Shown here: piece by piece, positions 62,781-64,000 of the stretch
Layout: each line of letters starts with the position of its first letter
How positions within the stretch are numbered: position 1 is the stretch's first letter
From: Chrysemys picta bellii
Lineage: Eukaryota
DNA: 64,000 bases
NCBI RefSeq assembly: GCF_011386835.1
Contig: NC_088791.1
Span: forward strand, 23,374,001-23,438,000
Direction: 5' to 3'
Notes under the pieces: generated by a model
What the model was told of the DNA's origin: nothing
Databases searched by the model: none
Seen by the model: the letters and a program-made list of their open reading frames with translations, nothing else
Program-made: the position numbers and the translations under genes

Positions 62781-63445
62781 GGGAGGGATAGCTCAGTGGT
62801 TTGAGCATGGGCCTGCTAAACCCAGGGTTGTGAGTTTAATCTTTAAGGGGGCCATTTAGGAAATTGGGGTAAAAATCTGTCTGGGGATTGGTTCCCTCTT
62901 TGAGCAGGGGATAGGGCTAGCTCTGGCTTTTTTGCCGCCCCAAGCAAAAAAAAAAAAAGGGGTGGCAAAAAATGGCAAAGAAAAAAAAAACACCTGCGGC
63001 ACGGCCGGAGCCAGGGGGACTCCCTGCGCTGCAGATGTGCCCCGGCTAGATGTGTCCTGGGAGGGAGAGGGGGAGGGAGCAGGGGGGAGAGAGAGAGAAG
63101 GGGGGGCAGCCAGGGCTTCAGCGGGGCGCTGCCACGCGGCCCCAACCGCCACACCACCTGCTGGGAGGGCTCCAGGCGCTCCTGTCGGTTGGGAGGGAAG
63201 GACGCGGGCTGCCCTGCCAGGCTTGCTGCAGGGCGCTCCCCTCCTCCGCGCCACCACCACCTACAGGGCGGCCGGAGTGGAACAAAAAAAAAAAAGTGGC
63301 CATGCCACCCTAGGATTGGGCGGAATGCCGCCTCGTACAATCTGCCGCCCCAAGCACGAAATTACTCGGCTGGTGCCTGGAGCTGGCCCTGGGACTAGAT
63401 GACCTCCTGAGGTTCCCTTCCAACCCTGATAGTCTATGATTCTAT
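62781..63445 (+). mobile_element. tRNA-derived SINE interrupted by a hAT MITE (62912-63391)
   Basis: Head gggagggatagctcagtggtttgagc, tail ggactagatgacctcctgagg...ctatgattct; MITE ends tagggctagctc / gagctggccctg. Confidence 0.88.
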
Positions 63446-63578
63446 CACTGGTCTGAACTTTATTCTGGTTGCTCATCATAAACATGATCAAGTCATGATC
63501 ACTTGTACCTAAACTACCATTAACTTTTAGTTCTGTGATCAGTTTGTCTTTTATCTTTTAGGACAAGGTCTACTATAG

Positions 63579-63581
<3 letters not shown>

Positions 63582-63648
<67 letters not shown>
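63582..63648. repeat. (TA)n(CA)n compound microsatellite
   Basis: Directly visible. Confidence 0.95.
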
Positions 63649-63649
<1 letters not shown>

Positions 63650-64000
63650 AATGGAATAAAGGGGTAGTTGACAGTAATAAATATAAATCAGAAGTTAGGA
63701 ATTATAGAAAAATAATAAGGGAAGTCAAGGGACACAAGGAGCACTCTATGGGTCTGCAGAAGTAAGGACAATAATAAGGAGTTTTTAAAATATATTACGA
63801 ACAAAAAACAATGGTGTCGGTCCATTACTTGGCAGAAATGGTAGAATTATCAGTAATAATGTAGAAAAGGCAGAAGTGTCCAATAAATATTTCTGTTCTG
63901 CATATGCGAAAAAACAGATGATGCAGTCTCATCATATTGTGATGATAACATTCTTTCCATTCCACTAGTATCTCGGGAAGATGTTAAACAGAAGCTAGTA

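Larger units (their letters stand above)
62375..64000 (+). mobile_element. CR1 ORF2 remnant with internal inverted block (about 62556-63581), continuing past the window edge
   Basis: Plus: INDNFLTQK..; minus block: ELKVNGSLGTSDHDL and NVTDNWKLFKNTFLDNQKATIPQLRKK; plus again: YKSEVRNYRKIIRE...EKAEVSNKYFCS. Confidence 0.88.

Noticed and set aside
1-64000. CRISPR arrays, rRNA, intact tRNA or prokaryotic operons
   Set aside because: None seen. The sequence is vertebrate repeat-rich DNA, and the tRNA-like segments are SINE heads or a pseudogene.

Overview
Vertebrate genomic DNA, very probably from a turtle. This is inferred from the repeat content: tortoise-type tRNA-headed SINEs with CR1 tails, CR1 and L2 LINEs, GC-rich hAT MITEs, a Myb/SANT + DDE Harbinger, and Neptune-type Penelope pLTRs. 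I cannot name any protein-coding gene here, and most ORFs in the supplied track are artefacts of GC-rich repeats. Much of the window is recognisable mobile DNA: about 8 solo LTRs (most with intact TSDs), about 14 hAT MITEs (most with 8-bp TSDs), a 2-kb internally deleted Harbinger, SINEs, CR1/L2 remnants and five Penelope pLTR fragments. Main highlights: (1) a perfect 97-bp-arm fold-back Penelope mini-element at 51.2-51.4 kb with a minimal hammerhead ribozyme motif on each strand, plus covarying degenerate hammerheads in other copies; (2) a CR1 with an internal inversion carrying a 60-bp inverted duplication and microsatellites at both breakpoints; (3) a 5'-clipped tRNA-Arg(CCT) retrocopy next to a SINE; (4) low-confidence candidate spliced genes in unique sequence (47.0 and 55.0-57.0 kb with TATA/RFX motifs; 2.2-5.5 kb). 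All family names and splice models are from visual pattern recognition and need computational confirmation.
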